A DNA stretch of 59,245 nt from Desulfobulbaceae bacterium (GTDB lineage Bacteria > Desulfobacterota > Desulfobulbia > Desulfobulbales > BM004): assembly GCA_002868955.1 (NCBI GenBank), contig PKTW01000022.1, positions 1 through 59,245 on the forward strand, given 5' to 3'. The notes beneath the pieces were generated by a model. The model was given only the letters and a program-made list of their open reading frames with translations. It was not told where the DNA came from and made no database searches. This document shows positions 27,477-36,659 of this stretch, one piece after another; positions within the stretch are counted from its first letter, which is position 1, and each line of letters begins with the position of its first letter. Both the position numbers and the translations under genes were made by a program.

Positions 27477-29681
27477 TTACATTGCTGCTTCCATTTCAAG
27501 AGCCGGATGGCCGACTTTCTTGAGGAATTTCAAGATTTCTTCCTCTGTCTCACCCTGTTCTTCGGTGGCGATCATATCAAAGAGTTCCGGCATGCCTTCC
27601 TCTTTGCACCGTTCCATCAATTTATCCTTGATTTCCTCTTTGAGAATTTTAGGGATCCAGACAAGCCTTTTCAGGCCCCCTTCTGCCAGGAAGAGTTTTT
27701 TACTTGTCATGAAGTGTTTACTGACGCCCATAAAGCCAGGGGTCTGCATGCCGCCGCCGGCCATTCCGGCCAAGGTGGTGAACTTCATGCCACTTGGCGT
27801 CATCCCCATATAGTCACGGTTGACAACCATGATGCCGTTACACTGGGGCAGCATGGCTGCAATTGCCTCAAAGCAGCCGCAGGCGGTCATTGGGTTGTTC
27901 ATCAGCGAGTAGCAGCTGACTTCGGGAACCGCACCGCGGGATGCCTGATTAACAAATTCATTGATGCCGGTAAAATAACCGTTTGTTGGATCGGTACAGT
28001 CACCTTTATCAATAGGCTGGTTCGGACCGGTGGGATTTATCTGAAACGATGCCTTACCGTCAAGCCAGTTATACGCACCGCACATACCGACCCGCTCAGG
28101 AGTGATTACACAGACATGGCTCGGGGCAAATGATTGGCATAGGGTACAGGAATAAAAGACTTCTTCAGTTTCATCCGTCATATTGCCAAGACGTAAGTCT
28201 CGTTCTGTGTAGACTCCCTTGGCAAGTTCAACGACCTTGTCAACTTCCTCCTGTTTTGTGGAAATTTTCACCTGGACCTTATCAAGGATAGCACCAAACT
28301 CCTGGTGGAGTTTACCATGCAGCACCTTGCCTATATCTTTAAGTGAGAAGCCTTTTTCAATCGCGGCCTTACCTATTCGGATCCACATGATGTTACGCTG
28401 GCCGATATGCATGATGCCCTGGACATAGTTGATCAGGTGATGGAACTGGCGCTCGAGGATGGGTTCGAAGTCAGACTGCATCTCACGGCCGGCCACTTCA
28501 ACGAGGATAGAAATTGGCAGGTTCTGGCCCTCTTTGATATCTGACATATCAGGACCGTCAATTGTCACCAGGCCGTCTTCAACTTCATCCATTTCCTTGG
28601 AGACCAGGACTTCAACACCGGTGGTCCGGCCGCCGCCCATTTCCATGAAGAGGTCGTCTTTCCTGATACGCTCGCCCTCAAAGGCCGGCCCAAAGGAAAG
28701 CGGAATATCGATTTTGGTTATCGATACCTTCAAGCCGCGAACCTCGATGGCTTTCTGGACAATTTCATCATGGGGAACATTGCTTACGACATGCTCGTAG
28801 GTGCAGATACCTGTTGGCAGCACTTCCGGAATATCATAATCAGATATGGTTGGGAAACCCCAGTTGATAGCACCGGCGGCATTGGCGTACCATTCGTCGC
28901 TGACCGGACCAAAGGCCATGACAAAGGCAAATGTTCTGTCTTTATTATATATGAGATTACCTTTGTAGTCTCCCGGTTTAACACCACCAAAGGCCATGGC
29001 AACACGGCAGGCAAAACCGATGGCAAAAACAGCCGTGGTATAGCTTTGTCCAAAAGGAACAAGTCTGGTGTTCCAACCGATCTGTACACCATTATCAACC
29101 AACTGCTCAGCCATGCGGATACCATTGGAATGATCATGCATGAAGATGTAAAGATTTTTTTCCTGCAGTTCGAGGGCAATTTTACTCGCCACTTCTTTAT
29201 CAGGAGGAGCACCCATAATCGCAGCAAAACCCGGAGCAGTACCATCAACAAATTCTACACCACGTTTACGGAAGATCAGGTCATCCGCTGCCCCAAGCCA
29301 GATATTATCCGGTGTGGGGTCTTCGGTTTTGGTATAAAAGTTTGGTTCATTGAGATAACGGATGGCTTCGTACATTTCCTCGGCAAAAAAGGTTGCCATG
29401 CCGGAATCCAGGGCAGGTGCCAGGTATGGCAGCCACAAATTGTCTGTGACAAGGGGCGGTAGAAGCCGCCTGCATTCCTGAAAAATATCCTTCATATCAC
29501 CAAGCTTTTCAACCTTGTAGGCGAGCATACTGTATATGATAGGCAGAAAATAGGCGGTATTGGGAAAAGAAACCTCTTGGTCGGCACCATACTTCTTTAA
29601 TGCTTCCTCATACGATTCTTCGGCCATGTCCACAATTTTGTGGGCTCCTCTGATGGCAGCTGAACAGATGATTTTCGACAT
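27477..29681 (-). CDS. acsB: acetyl-CoA synthase catalytic subunit (AcsB/CdhC)
   Basis: 734 aa. It contains A-cluster Cys motifs (CTLCQSFAPSHVCVITPERVGMCG and ACGCFE). Confidence 0.93.
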   Translation of the reverse strand: MSKIICSAAIRGAHKIVDMAEESYEEALKKYGADQEVSFPNTAYFLPIIYSMLAYKVEKLGDMKDIFQECRRLLPPLVTDNLWLPYLAPALDSGMATFFAEEMYEAIRYLNEPNFYTKTEDPTPDNIWLGAADDLIFRKRGVEFVDGTAPGFAAIMGAPPDKEVASKIALELQEKNLYIFMHDHSNGIRMAEQLVDNGVQIGWNTRLVPFGQSYTTAVFAIGFACRVAMAFGGVKPGDYKGNLIYNKDRTFAFVMAFGPVSDEWYANAAGAINWGFPTISDYDIPEVLPTGICTYEHVVSNVPHDEIVQKAIEVRGLKVSITKIDIPLSFGPAFEGERIRKDDLFMEMGGGRTTGVEVLVSKEMDEVEDGLVTIDGPDMSDIKEGQNLPISILVEVAGREMQSDFEPILERQFHHLINYVQGIMHIGQRNIMWIRIGKAAIEKGFSLKDIGKVLHGKLHQEFGAILDKVQVKISTKQEEVDKVVELAKGVYTERDLRLGNMTDETEEVFYSCTLCQSFAPSHVCVITPERVGMCGAYNWLDGKASFQINPTGPNQPIDKGDCTDPTNGYFTGINEFVNQASRGAVPEVSCYSLMNNPMTACGCFEAIAAMLPQCNGIMVVNRDYMGMTPSGMKFTTLAGMAGGGMQTPGFMGVSKHFMTSKKLFLAEGGLKRLVWIPKILKEEIKDKLMERCKEEGMPELFDMIATEEQGETEEEILKFLKKVGHPALEMEAAM

Positions 29682-29784
29682 TGCAAACTCCCTCTATAAA
29701 TAAATCATTGTTGAATGTTGAATGTTGAATGAAATCAGTTTTTCAGTTCAACATCCATAAACTCATTTACCAATTTATTGTTTA

Positions 29785-32475
29785 TCACCCTGTCAAGCCA
29801 TTTATCAGTGACTTGATAAGTGCGATTGACTTAGGATGCCTCATGATCATGACTTCACCACCGGCCATCAACATCATTGATGCGGTGACAGCTTCCATCA
29901 GAACGCCCCTGTTTTCCTGGTCGCCGATCAAATCGTCTGAAGGCAGTTTAGCTTCCTTGGCCTTCCAGACTTCACGGCCGAGGTTGCAGATGAATGGCAC
30001 CTGCAGCTTATCATCCTGCTGGGTCAGAGCAGCCAGCCTGATCCTTTCCATAACCGAATAGGAATATTCAATACCATAGCCAAGTGCTCCGATGGATGGA
30101 TCGATCAGGACAGTATCGAGATGCATGCCCAGGTTCTCCATCAGGATATTGAGCTGCTTAGCCAGGTTGACATCTATCGGTGAGGCAGCGACAACTGGAT
30201 GCTGGAACGCCATAGCCGTAGCCCCGATGGAACGGTAGTTTGCGTCGGTCAATGGGGCCAGGCATACTTTCTTGTCACCTATCATGGCGGTAATATCACG
30301 CAGGGTTTCTGTATCTTTTTCTGCATTATCACAGCCCCAGATGATTATAGGGACATCAATGCTATTGATTACGTCAGCAGCAACTTTGGCCGCCTCAGCA
30401 GATGGGCGGTTCATACCGTTAGGATCCGTGCTTACCATTGATAGACAGATGGCGCCCGCGCCATAATCGTTAACACATTTCTGGGCCCAGGCCACAGGAT
30501 TGTCAAGAACTCCTTCAAAGTGACGGGCCAATGAGTCAGGCCATTCTTCAGGTGCCACATCCAGAACATCCATAGCGATTAATGGTTTTCTGGGCATATC
30601 GCCTTCAAAGAGCTGGAATGGCAAACTCGTGGCACCACCAACCGTCTCTGTTTTGTCCGCGTTGCCCAGGGTAATTTCCCGGATAGTGCCGCTGTAAGCA
30701 ATTTTATAATGATCTTCAGGAAGTTTAGAGGCCCTGTCAGACAATGCGGTTTCCTCTGCAGCCAGTTCAGCAGCTCCAACCCCTGCAGGAGCTGCAGCAG
30801 CTTTTGGTTTTTCAGCTTTTTTAGCTTCTTCAGAAGCCTTTGTTTCTTCAGCCTTCTTGGCTTCGACAGCTTTAGCCTCTTCCGCCTTTTTGGCTTCAGC
30901 GGCTTTTGCCTCTTCGGCTTTTTTAGCTTCAGCAGCTTTTGCCTCTTCGGCTTTTTTAGCTTCAGCAGCTTTTGCCTCTTCCGCCTTTTTGGCTTCAGCA
31001 GCTTTTGCCTCTTCCGCCTTTTTGGCTTCAGCGGCTTTTGCTTCTTCGGCTTTCGCTGCCTCCACTGCCTTATCGTCCTCAACCTTCGTTGTCGCTTCAG
31101 CTGGTGGCGCAGGAGCAGCCGGTGCTGGTGGAGCAGCAGGAGGAGGTGGTGCAGCAGGTGCTGCAGATGGTGTAGCTGCCTTTACTCCTGGATCGCGTTT
31201 CAGAATTGATTCTGCACCGGAGAATTTTTCTAAAGCCTCAAATTGCTCATCTGAAAGGCCAAATGCTTTCTTCAGGGCCTCCAGACCTCCTCGTACTGAT
31301 TCCAACGCCATCTGACGTTCTTTTTCATTCATTTCGTCTTCTCCCAAATCCTCGGCAGTAACAGCCGGCACTTCTGTTTCGGTTGATACCTGTACAGGCT
31401 CAGCGGCAGGAGTCTGCAGTGAGGCCGCCTCTTGTTTGGCATTAATTATAATCTGTTCTGCTTCAGCTTTTGCTGCAGCAATTATATCACCTGGTTTTTC
31501 TCCTGGAGCAGCAGCTTCAGCCTGGAATGAGATCACAGCTTCAGATGGTTCTCCGGCAATCACCGGTCTCGGCAGGAGATTTGCACGGCTGGTAATTTCC
31601 TGCAGAGCACTTTCCCACTCAATTGCCATGATATGAACACCGGCCACGCCCTTGATTTCCCGTACTTCATTAATAATATCAACAGCTATGTTGATGCCTT
31701 CGTCTTCCTTGTCCTTGGCATCCTTCATACGCTGGATAATATCGTCGGTTACCTCCAGCCCGGGCACAAATTTTTTCATATACCGGGCCATACCAAGGGA
31801 ACGTGGCGGGGTGATACCGGCAAGAATGTAGGTCTTCTCGGAAATGCCCAGGTCGTCGCACATTTCCATGAATTTCCTAAATCTTTCTACATTATAAATG
31901 AGCTGCGTCTGGACGAAATCAGCGCCAGCGTTCACCTTTTTACCCAAACGCGGGGCTCGGTAATCAAATGGTTCGGCAAAAGGGTTGGCCGCACAGCCAA
32001 AAAACATTTTTGGTTCATGCTCTTTGATTTGTTCTCCGCACTGGAACTTTTTGCCATCCCGCATGTCCCGCATCATGCTGAGCAGTTGTATGGAGTCCAT
32101 GTCAAAGACCCCTTTGGCGCCGGGATGGTTGCCGAATTTCTGGTGATCACCGGTCAGGCAGAGCAGATTCTTGAGTCCCAGAGCGTTGGCCCCAAGGATG
32201 TCACTCTGCATACTGATCCGGTTGCGGTCCCGGCAGGTCATCTGGATCACCGGTTCAACACCTTCGGATTGGGTTATCAAGCCCGCCGCAATGCTTGACA
32301 TGCGGACTACAGCTGTCTGGCAGTCTGTAATATTGACCGCATCACAACAATCTTTCACCAAGCGGGCTTTTTTTCTTACAACCTCGGGGTTTCCACTTTT
32401 AGGAGGTCCCAGTTCTCCGGTCACTGCGAATTCGCCTGCAGTTAATACACGTTCTAAATTACTGGCCGATTTCAT
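29785..32475 (-). CDS. fusion protein: MetF-type methylene-THF reductase (N-terminal ~300 aa), ~260-aa low-complexity linker, and corrinoid Fe-S protein small subunit AcsD/CdhD (C-terminal ~320 aa)
   Basis: One uninterrupted 896-codon ORF. The N-terminus (FAVTGELGPPK..., CLTGDH) is MTHFR-like. The C-terminus (YSGTIREITLG..., LPFQLFEG, PIIIWGCDNAEKD) is AcsD-like. Confidence 0.88.
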   Translation of the reverse strand: MKSASNLERVLTAGEFAVTGELGPPKSGNPEVVRKKARLVKDCCDAVNITDCQTAVVRMSSIAAGLITQSEGVEPVIQMTCRDRNRISMQSDILGANALGLKNLLCLTGDHQKFGNHPGAKGVFDMDSIQLLSMMRDMRDGKKFQCGEQIKEHEPKMFFGCAANPFAEPFDYRAPRLGKKVNAGADFVQTQLIYNVERFRKFMEMCDDLGISEKTYILAGITPPRSLGMARYMKKFVPGLEVTDDIIQRMKDAKDKEDEGINIAVDIINEVREIKGVAGVHIMAIEWESALQEITSRANLLPRPVIAGEPSEAVISFQAEAAAPGEKPGDIIAAAKAEAEQIIINAKQEAASLQTPAAEPVQVSTETEVPAVTAEDLGEDEMNEKERQMALESVRGGLEALKKAFGLSDEQFEALEKFSGAESILKRDPGVKAATPSAAPAAPPPPAAPPAPAAPAPPAEATTKVEDDKAVEAAKAEEAKAAEAKKAEEAKAAEAKKAEEAKAAEAKKAEEAKAAEAKKAEEAKAAEAKKAEEAKAVEAKKAEETKASEEAKKAEKPKAAAAPAGVGAAELAAEETALSDRASKLPEDHYKIAYSGTIREITLGNADKTETVGGATSLPFQLFEGDMPRKPLIAMDVLDVAPEEWPDSLARHFEGVLDNPVAWAQKCVNDYGAGAICLSMVSTDPNGMNRPSAEAAKVAADVINSIDVPIIIWGCDNAEKDTETLRDITAMIGDKKVCLAPLTDANYRSIGATAMAFQHPVVAASPIDVNLAKQLNILMENLGMHLDTVLIDPSIGALGYGIEYSYSVMERIRLAALTQQDDKLQVPFICNLGREVWKAKEAKLPSDDLIGDQENRGVLMEAVTASMMLMAGGEVMIMRHPKSIALIKSLINGLTG
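30875..31039. repeat. five head-to-tail 33-bp tandem repeats (11-aa unit AKAAEAKKAEE) with degenerate copies on both sides
   Basis: The plus-strand unit is gcctcttcYgSctttttKRgcttcagcRgctttt. The copies are near-identical, differing by 0-5 nt, and fall into two main sequence variants (one copy intermediate). The array lies inside the metF::acsD linker. Confidence 0.9.
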
Positions 32476-32538
32476 CGGTAATTTTCCTTTTCTTTAAAGA
32501 AATTCAGCTGATAATAACCAGTTTTCTAATCAGTCTAT

Positions 32539-34542
32539 TTAGCTATCATGATGGGAAGCACCGGTGCAGCCCGCATCACCGATTGCTTTGTCACCGCCAA
32601 GATCACGGCGCATTTCCATATCAAAGAGTACCCTTTCACGCTGCTTGTCAATACCGAGTGCCTTACGTTTTGAATCAATCCGCTCAATCATGAGCTTGGC
32701 GATCTCCAGGGGCTCGGAGGCCACATTCCAGACTGCGCCATAGGTATCCATCATGCCTTCAAGCAGGTAGTTATTAAAGGCCTTGGCACCGGTGGTTGGC
32801 AGATTCTGGAAGACAACCTGGGCACCACTTGCCACAAAGTACTGGCCAATGGCAACGGCCTTTTCACTCATCCACAGTGGCGCTGTACCGATTGCCGGAA
32901 GATCAGAGATGTCATCACCCAGGCCACCTTCGCGGACCATTTCAGTGGCTGCGATAAGTATACGGCTGTTATCTACACAGGAACCCATATGCAGAACCGG
33001 CGGCATACCAACAGTCTCACATACTTCCCGTAAGCCAGGGCCGGCATGTTTTATGGCTTCCGGATTTACCAGTCCAGCTCTGCCCAGGGCAGTGGCTGCA
33101 CATCCGGTGGCCAGGACCAGGACATCATTTTTAATCAGGTGGCGGGCAATAATCTCATGGGCTTCGTCGGTCAGCTTATAGTTGTCGCAACCGACAATGG
33201 CACCGACCCCGCGAATGCGGCCGTTAATGATATTATCGTTCAGGGGACGGTAACTGGAGCGGAAGGTGCCTCCCAGCATTGTGTTAATGGTCTCATGGCT
33301 GAAGCCGACCACAACATCCAGCTTTCTTTCTTCCGGAATAAAACAGTCACCGCGTTTCTTGTAATTGCTGATTGCTTTTCTGAGAATTTCCTTAGCGGAC
33401 TCAAGGGGGGTTGCTTCTTCAAACTGAATATGCACTGAATCAGGCATTTTAGCCCGGTAGTTGGTGGTGATAATGTCGGTGTGAAAGTTTTTGGCCACTT
33501 CGGAAACTGACTGCATGACACATTGGACATCAACGACCATGGCTTCAACTGCGCCTGTAGCCAGGGCCATCTCCTGCTGGATAAACCCGGCTGCCACAGG
33601 GATACCACGCCGCATGAGGATTTCATTTCCTGTACAGCAGACGCCGGCCAGGTTGATGCCCTTGGCCCCGGCCTTCTTTGCCAATCCCAGCATGTCTTCT
33701 TCCTGGGCCGCAAGACAGAGGGCCTCTGCAAGCAGTGGTTCATGACCATGAACTGTGATGTTGACCTGGTCAATTTTCAAGCAACCAAGGTCAACAATGG
33801 CCCGGCGCGGTACAGGGGTGCCGAACATTATATCGGTGAGTTCGGTGGACAGCATGGAAGATCCCCAGCCGTCTGCCAGGGAACAGCGTGAAGCCTGCAG
33901 CATGATGTTGTGGTATTCCTGGTCCACACCCATATGGGTGCGGTGCATCATTTCAACGACCTCGCGGTCCACACCACGTGGCGCAATATCCAACCTTTTC
34001 CAGAGTTCCTGGCGCTTGGCAGGGGCCCGTTTGGTCATGGTTAATGGTGTATCGGTCTGTTTGCCGAAATCCGCCAGGGCCAGCTCGCCTACTTCAATAG
34101 CGATTTCATTTTTATCCCTGCCCTCGGTTTCAACACCAAAAATCTCGGCAAGCATGTGGAGTTTGCGGACATCCTTGATCTCATGGGGTGTTTCACCCTT
34201 GGCAGTAGCAATAAAACCTTTGACCATTTCCCTGGCATGATCCGTATGGGCTGAGGTGCCCGCTGCACAGATTCTGCCAAAATTTCTTGCCGCAACCGTA
34301 TCAGCAGTAGCGCCGCAGATACCGATCATGTCATCGACACCATCGATAATCTGGCAGGGCCCCATGTTGCAGTGACGACAGCAGGTACCGCCGGAGCCAA
34401 AAAGACATGCCGACATGCCACGCCGCTGGACTCGATCGTAGGCAGTCACTACATTTTTTGCAATGTCCTGCTGAAGAACCTCTTTAGTAGAAATACAGGT
34501 AATTTCGGGACAGCTATCACATCCGTTTCTTGAACTTGCCAT
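32539..34542 (-). CDS. acsA: anaerobic Ni-CO dehydrogenase catalytic subunit (AcsA/CooS)
   Basis: 667 aa with N-terminal B/D-cluster cysteines (CLFGSGGTCCRHCNMGPCQI) and C-cluster regions (VHGHEP, GSCVDNSR). Confidence 0.93.
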   Translation of the reverse strand: MASSRNGCDSCPEITCISTKEVLQQDIAKNVVTAYDRVQRRGMSACLFGSGGTCCRHCNMGPCQIIDGVDDMIGICGATADTVAARNFGRICAAGTSAHTDHAREMVKGFIATAKGETPHEIKDVRKLHMLAEIFGVETEGRDKNEIAIEVGELALADFGKQTDTPLTMTKRAPAKRQELWKRLDIAPRGVDREVVEMMHRTHMGVDQEYHNIMLQASRCSLADGWGSSMLSTELTDIMFGTPVPRRAIVDLGCLKIDQVNITVHGHEPLLAEALCLAAQEEDMLGLAKKAGAKGINLAGVCCTGNEILMRRGIPVAAGFIQQEMALATGAVEAMVVDVQCVMQSVSEVAKNFHTDIITTNYRAKMPDSVHIQFEEATPLESAKEILRKAISNYKKRGDCFIPEERKLDVVVGFSHETINTMLGGTFRSSYRPLNDNIINGRIRGVGAIVGCDNYKLTDEAHEIIARHLIKNDVLVLATGCAATALGRAGLVNPEAIKHAGPGLREVCETVGMPPVLHMGSCVDNSRILIAATEMVREGGLGDDISDLPAIGTAPLWMSEKAVAIGQYFVASGAQVVFQNLPTTGAKAFNNYLLEGMMDTYGAVWNVASEPLEIAKLMIERIDSKRKALGIDKQRERVLFDMEMRRDLGGDKAIGDAGCTGASHHDS

Positions 34543-34613
34543 TATGTAATCCTCACAAAATTTTGTTTATCATTATTAGTTAACCAATTTACTAAATTAT
34601 GACTCCTAAACTA

Positions 34614-34632
34614 AATAATGATAATCATTACC
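34614..34632. promoter_or_regulatory. Fur-box-like palindrome (17/19 match to GATAATGATAATCATTATC)
   Basis: AATAATGATAATCATTACC lies in the 160-bp folD-acsA gap, 72-90 nt upstream of the acsA ATG. Confidence 0.55.
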
Positions 34633-34702
34633 AGCTAGGCTGGCATCAACTATTTTAGTAGAATATTTCTTTTTAACTGTTTCTCCGGTCAGATCAACTT
34701 TT

Positions 34703-35614
34703 TTATGCTATTCCTGCTGACAATTTCATTGCCCGCAGTGTATTTTTCATAAGCATTGTAATGGTCATGGGACCAACACCGCCGGGTACCGGTGTAATTG
34801 AACCGGCAATTTCCTTGGCAGCATCAAAATCAACATCGCCCCGCAGTATTGCAACCATCCTGCTGGGGTCTTTTGCACTGGGCTTCTCGCCTACCCTGTT
34901 TACCCCAACATCAATAACACAGGCACCGGGCTTGATCCATTCTGGTTTTACAAGTCCGGGAACACCGGCTGCTACGATGAGGATATCAGCACGCTTGCAA
35001 TGGGCAGCAAGATCTTTGGTACGGGTGTGAACTATAGTTACGGTTGAATTGGCGCCTGGGCCCTTCTGCAGCATCATGTTGGCTATGGGTTTGCCAACAA
35101 TATTTGAGCGGCCTACGACTACCACTTCAGCACCACTCGTTTCAACACCAGTACGGACTATCATCTCCTGGATACCGGCCGGGGTGCAGGGCGGGAATTT
35201 GACTTCATCGCCGCCGATCATCAGGCGTCCTACATTAACAGGGTGAAAACCATCGACATCCTTATCAGGATCAATGGCATTTAAAACCTTTTTTTCATCG
35301 ATGTGTTTAGGAAGAGGAAGCTGGACGAGAATTCCATGGATGGAATCATCGTTATTGTATTTATCGATTAGGGTAAGGAGATCTTCTTCAGATATATCAG
35401 GCGACTGGCTGTCCTGCACTTCATGGAATCCGAGACTGTTGGCAGTTTTTATTTTGAGGGTTACATAGGAAATAGAGGCGGGGTTTTCTCCAACCAGGAT
35501 CGTTACCAGGCCAGGAACGATGCCATGCTTTTCTTTGATTTCTTTAACCTCTTCTGCGATCTCTTCGAGAATCTTTTTTCTGATCTCGGTCCCACTGATA
35601 ATTTTGGCGGTCAT
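34703..35614 (-). CDS. folD: bifunctional methylene-THF dehydrogenase / methenyl-THF cyclohydrolase
   Basis: I chose the ATG at 35614, behind AAGGAG. FolD motifs are present (ILVQLPLP, GFHP.N.G, VVVGRSNIVGKP, PVPGGVGPMT). Confidence 0.93.
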   Translation of the reverse strand: MTAKIISGTEIRKKILEEIAEEVKEIKEKHGIVPGLVTILVGENPASISYVTLKIKTANSLGFHEVQDSQSPDISEEDLLTLIDKYNNDDSIHGILVQLPLPKHIDEKKVLNAIDPDKDVDGFHPVNVGRLMIGGDEVKFPPCTPAGIQEMIVRTGVETSGAEVVVVGRSNIVGKPIANMMLQKGPGANSTVTIVHTRTKDLAAHCKRADILIVAAGVPGLVKPEWIKPGACVIDVGVNRVGEKPSAKDPSRMVAILRGDVDFDAAKEIAGSITPVPGGVGPMTITMLMKNTLRAMKLSAGIA

Positions 35615-36059
35615 AAAGTTTCTCCTTGGTTCCAATTATTTATGATTATTGAATATCTTTATTTTGATTAAGGTGCATTTTTCACATAGTACAGGCTTAG
35701 AGAAAATGAATGCTTACTCAAAAAAACAAGCAGAAACAAAATGATATCGGGAAATGCGACGCGACAAAGCTAACTAAATATTCTTTATTTTTCAAGACCG
35801 GATTTCAAAATTTTCAAAAACAACGAATTCTCTGAGCCAAATTACGCATAGGTATTTTTACTGACCTTGATAATAGGTAGTATTACGGATAAAAAGTCAA
35901 GGAAAAAACATTCTTAAAATATATATTTTGAAAAAATATGTATTATATATAAGGATTGATCAGAGTTGTCTGGGGGATTTCTCTGTGCTATATGTTGAAA
36001 CCGATTTTGGTACACAGATTTGAACCCTTTTGACCGGAACAAAAAAGGAGAACAGCTTA

Positions 36060-36281
36060 ATGAGAGACAAGGTACAGGCAGCCATTGACAAGATCAGGCC
36101 GGCCCTGCAGAAAGACGGTGGAGACGTTATCCTGATCGATGTCACAGATGATGGTATCGTAAAAGTGCAGCTAACGGGAGCCTGCAAGGGTTGCCCCATG
36201 TCCCAGATGACACTCAAGGAAGGCATTGAAAAGTTCGTAAAAAGTGAAATTCCTGAGATAATATCGGTCGAATCTGTCTGA
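36060..36281 (+). CDS. NifU C-terminal-domain (Nfu-like) Fe-S assembly protein
   Basis: ATG at 36060 lies behind AAGGAG. Motifs IRPALQKDGGDV and GACKGCPMS (CxxC) are present. Confidence 0.85.
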   Translation: MRDKVQAAIDKIRPALQKDGGDVILIDVTDDGIVKVQLTGACKGCPMSQMTLKEGIEKFVKSEIPEIISVESV

Positions 36282-36659
36282 CAGAGTAGACAGCAACATA
36301 TCAAGGTTGCGTGCAGACTCAGTGAAAAATGAATCAGTCAATCTCCATTGAGAAGCGCTCGGTAATAATGCAGATGTCTCTGGAGGCAATCTTTTGAAGC
36401 TTTTTTTACTGTACCGGTACATATAAATCCCAGGAAACTTCAACAGGTCAGAATTATTGGTGAAATTGACGCTGACGTTTTTTGTATACTATACCGGTTT
36501 CCCCGAAGTGGAAAATATTATTCTCCGTAGAAGAACGGTTGTCATTGCCAATGTCATTCTTTTCGAAATAGCTACAGGAATGGTACTTGATATGTTAAAT
36601 TATTATGTTGGAGCAGTAATTTTCAAAGATAATTCGCTGCATTAAGAAAGGAGCAATTT

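Noticed and set aside
30579-31315. Three overlapping ORFs in other frames or on the other strand across the metF::acsD linker, plus similar ones at 21988..22346 across the mvhD tail.
   Set aside because: They are artefacts of the 33-bp tandem repeat and the Lys/Ala codon low complexity. These sequences stay open in several frames. The flanking conserved domains fix the true frame.
35636-35665. AT-rich hexamers (aattatttatgattattgaatat) upstream of folD, considered as a second Fur box.
   Set aside because: The match to the 19-bp consensus is poor and there is no dyad symmetry. It cannot be distinguished from generic AT-rich promoter DNA.
36457-36645. 62-aa ORF in the 378-bp nifU-ompA spacer.
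   Set aside because: It has a non-ATG start, no RBS and no recognisable family. It ends just before the strong RBS of the ompA-family gene. I treat it as non-coding, although a small hydrophobic peptide cannot be excluded.
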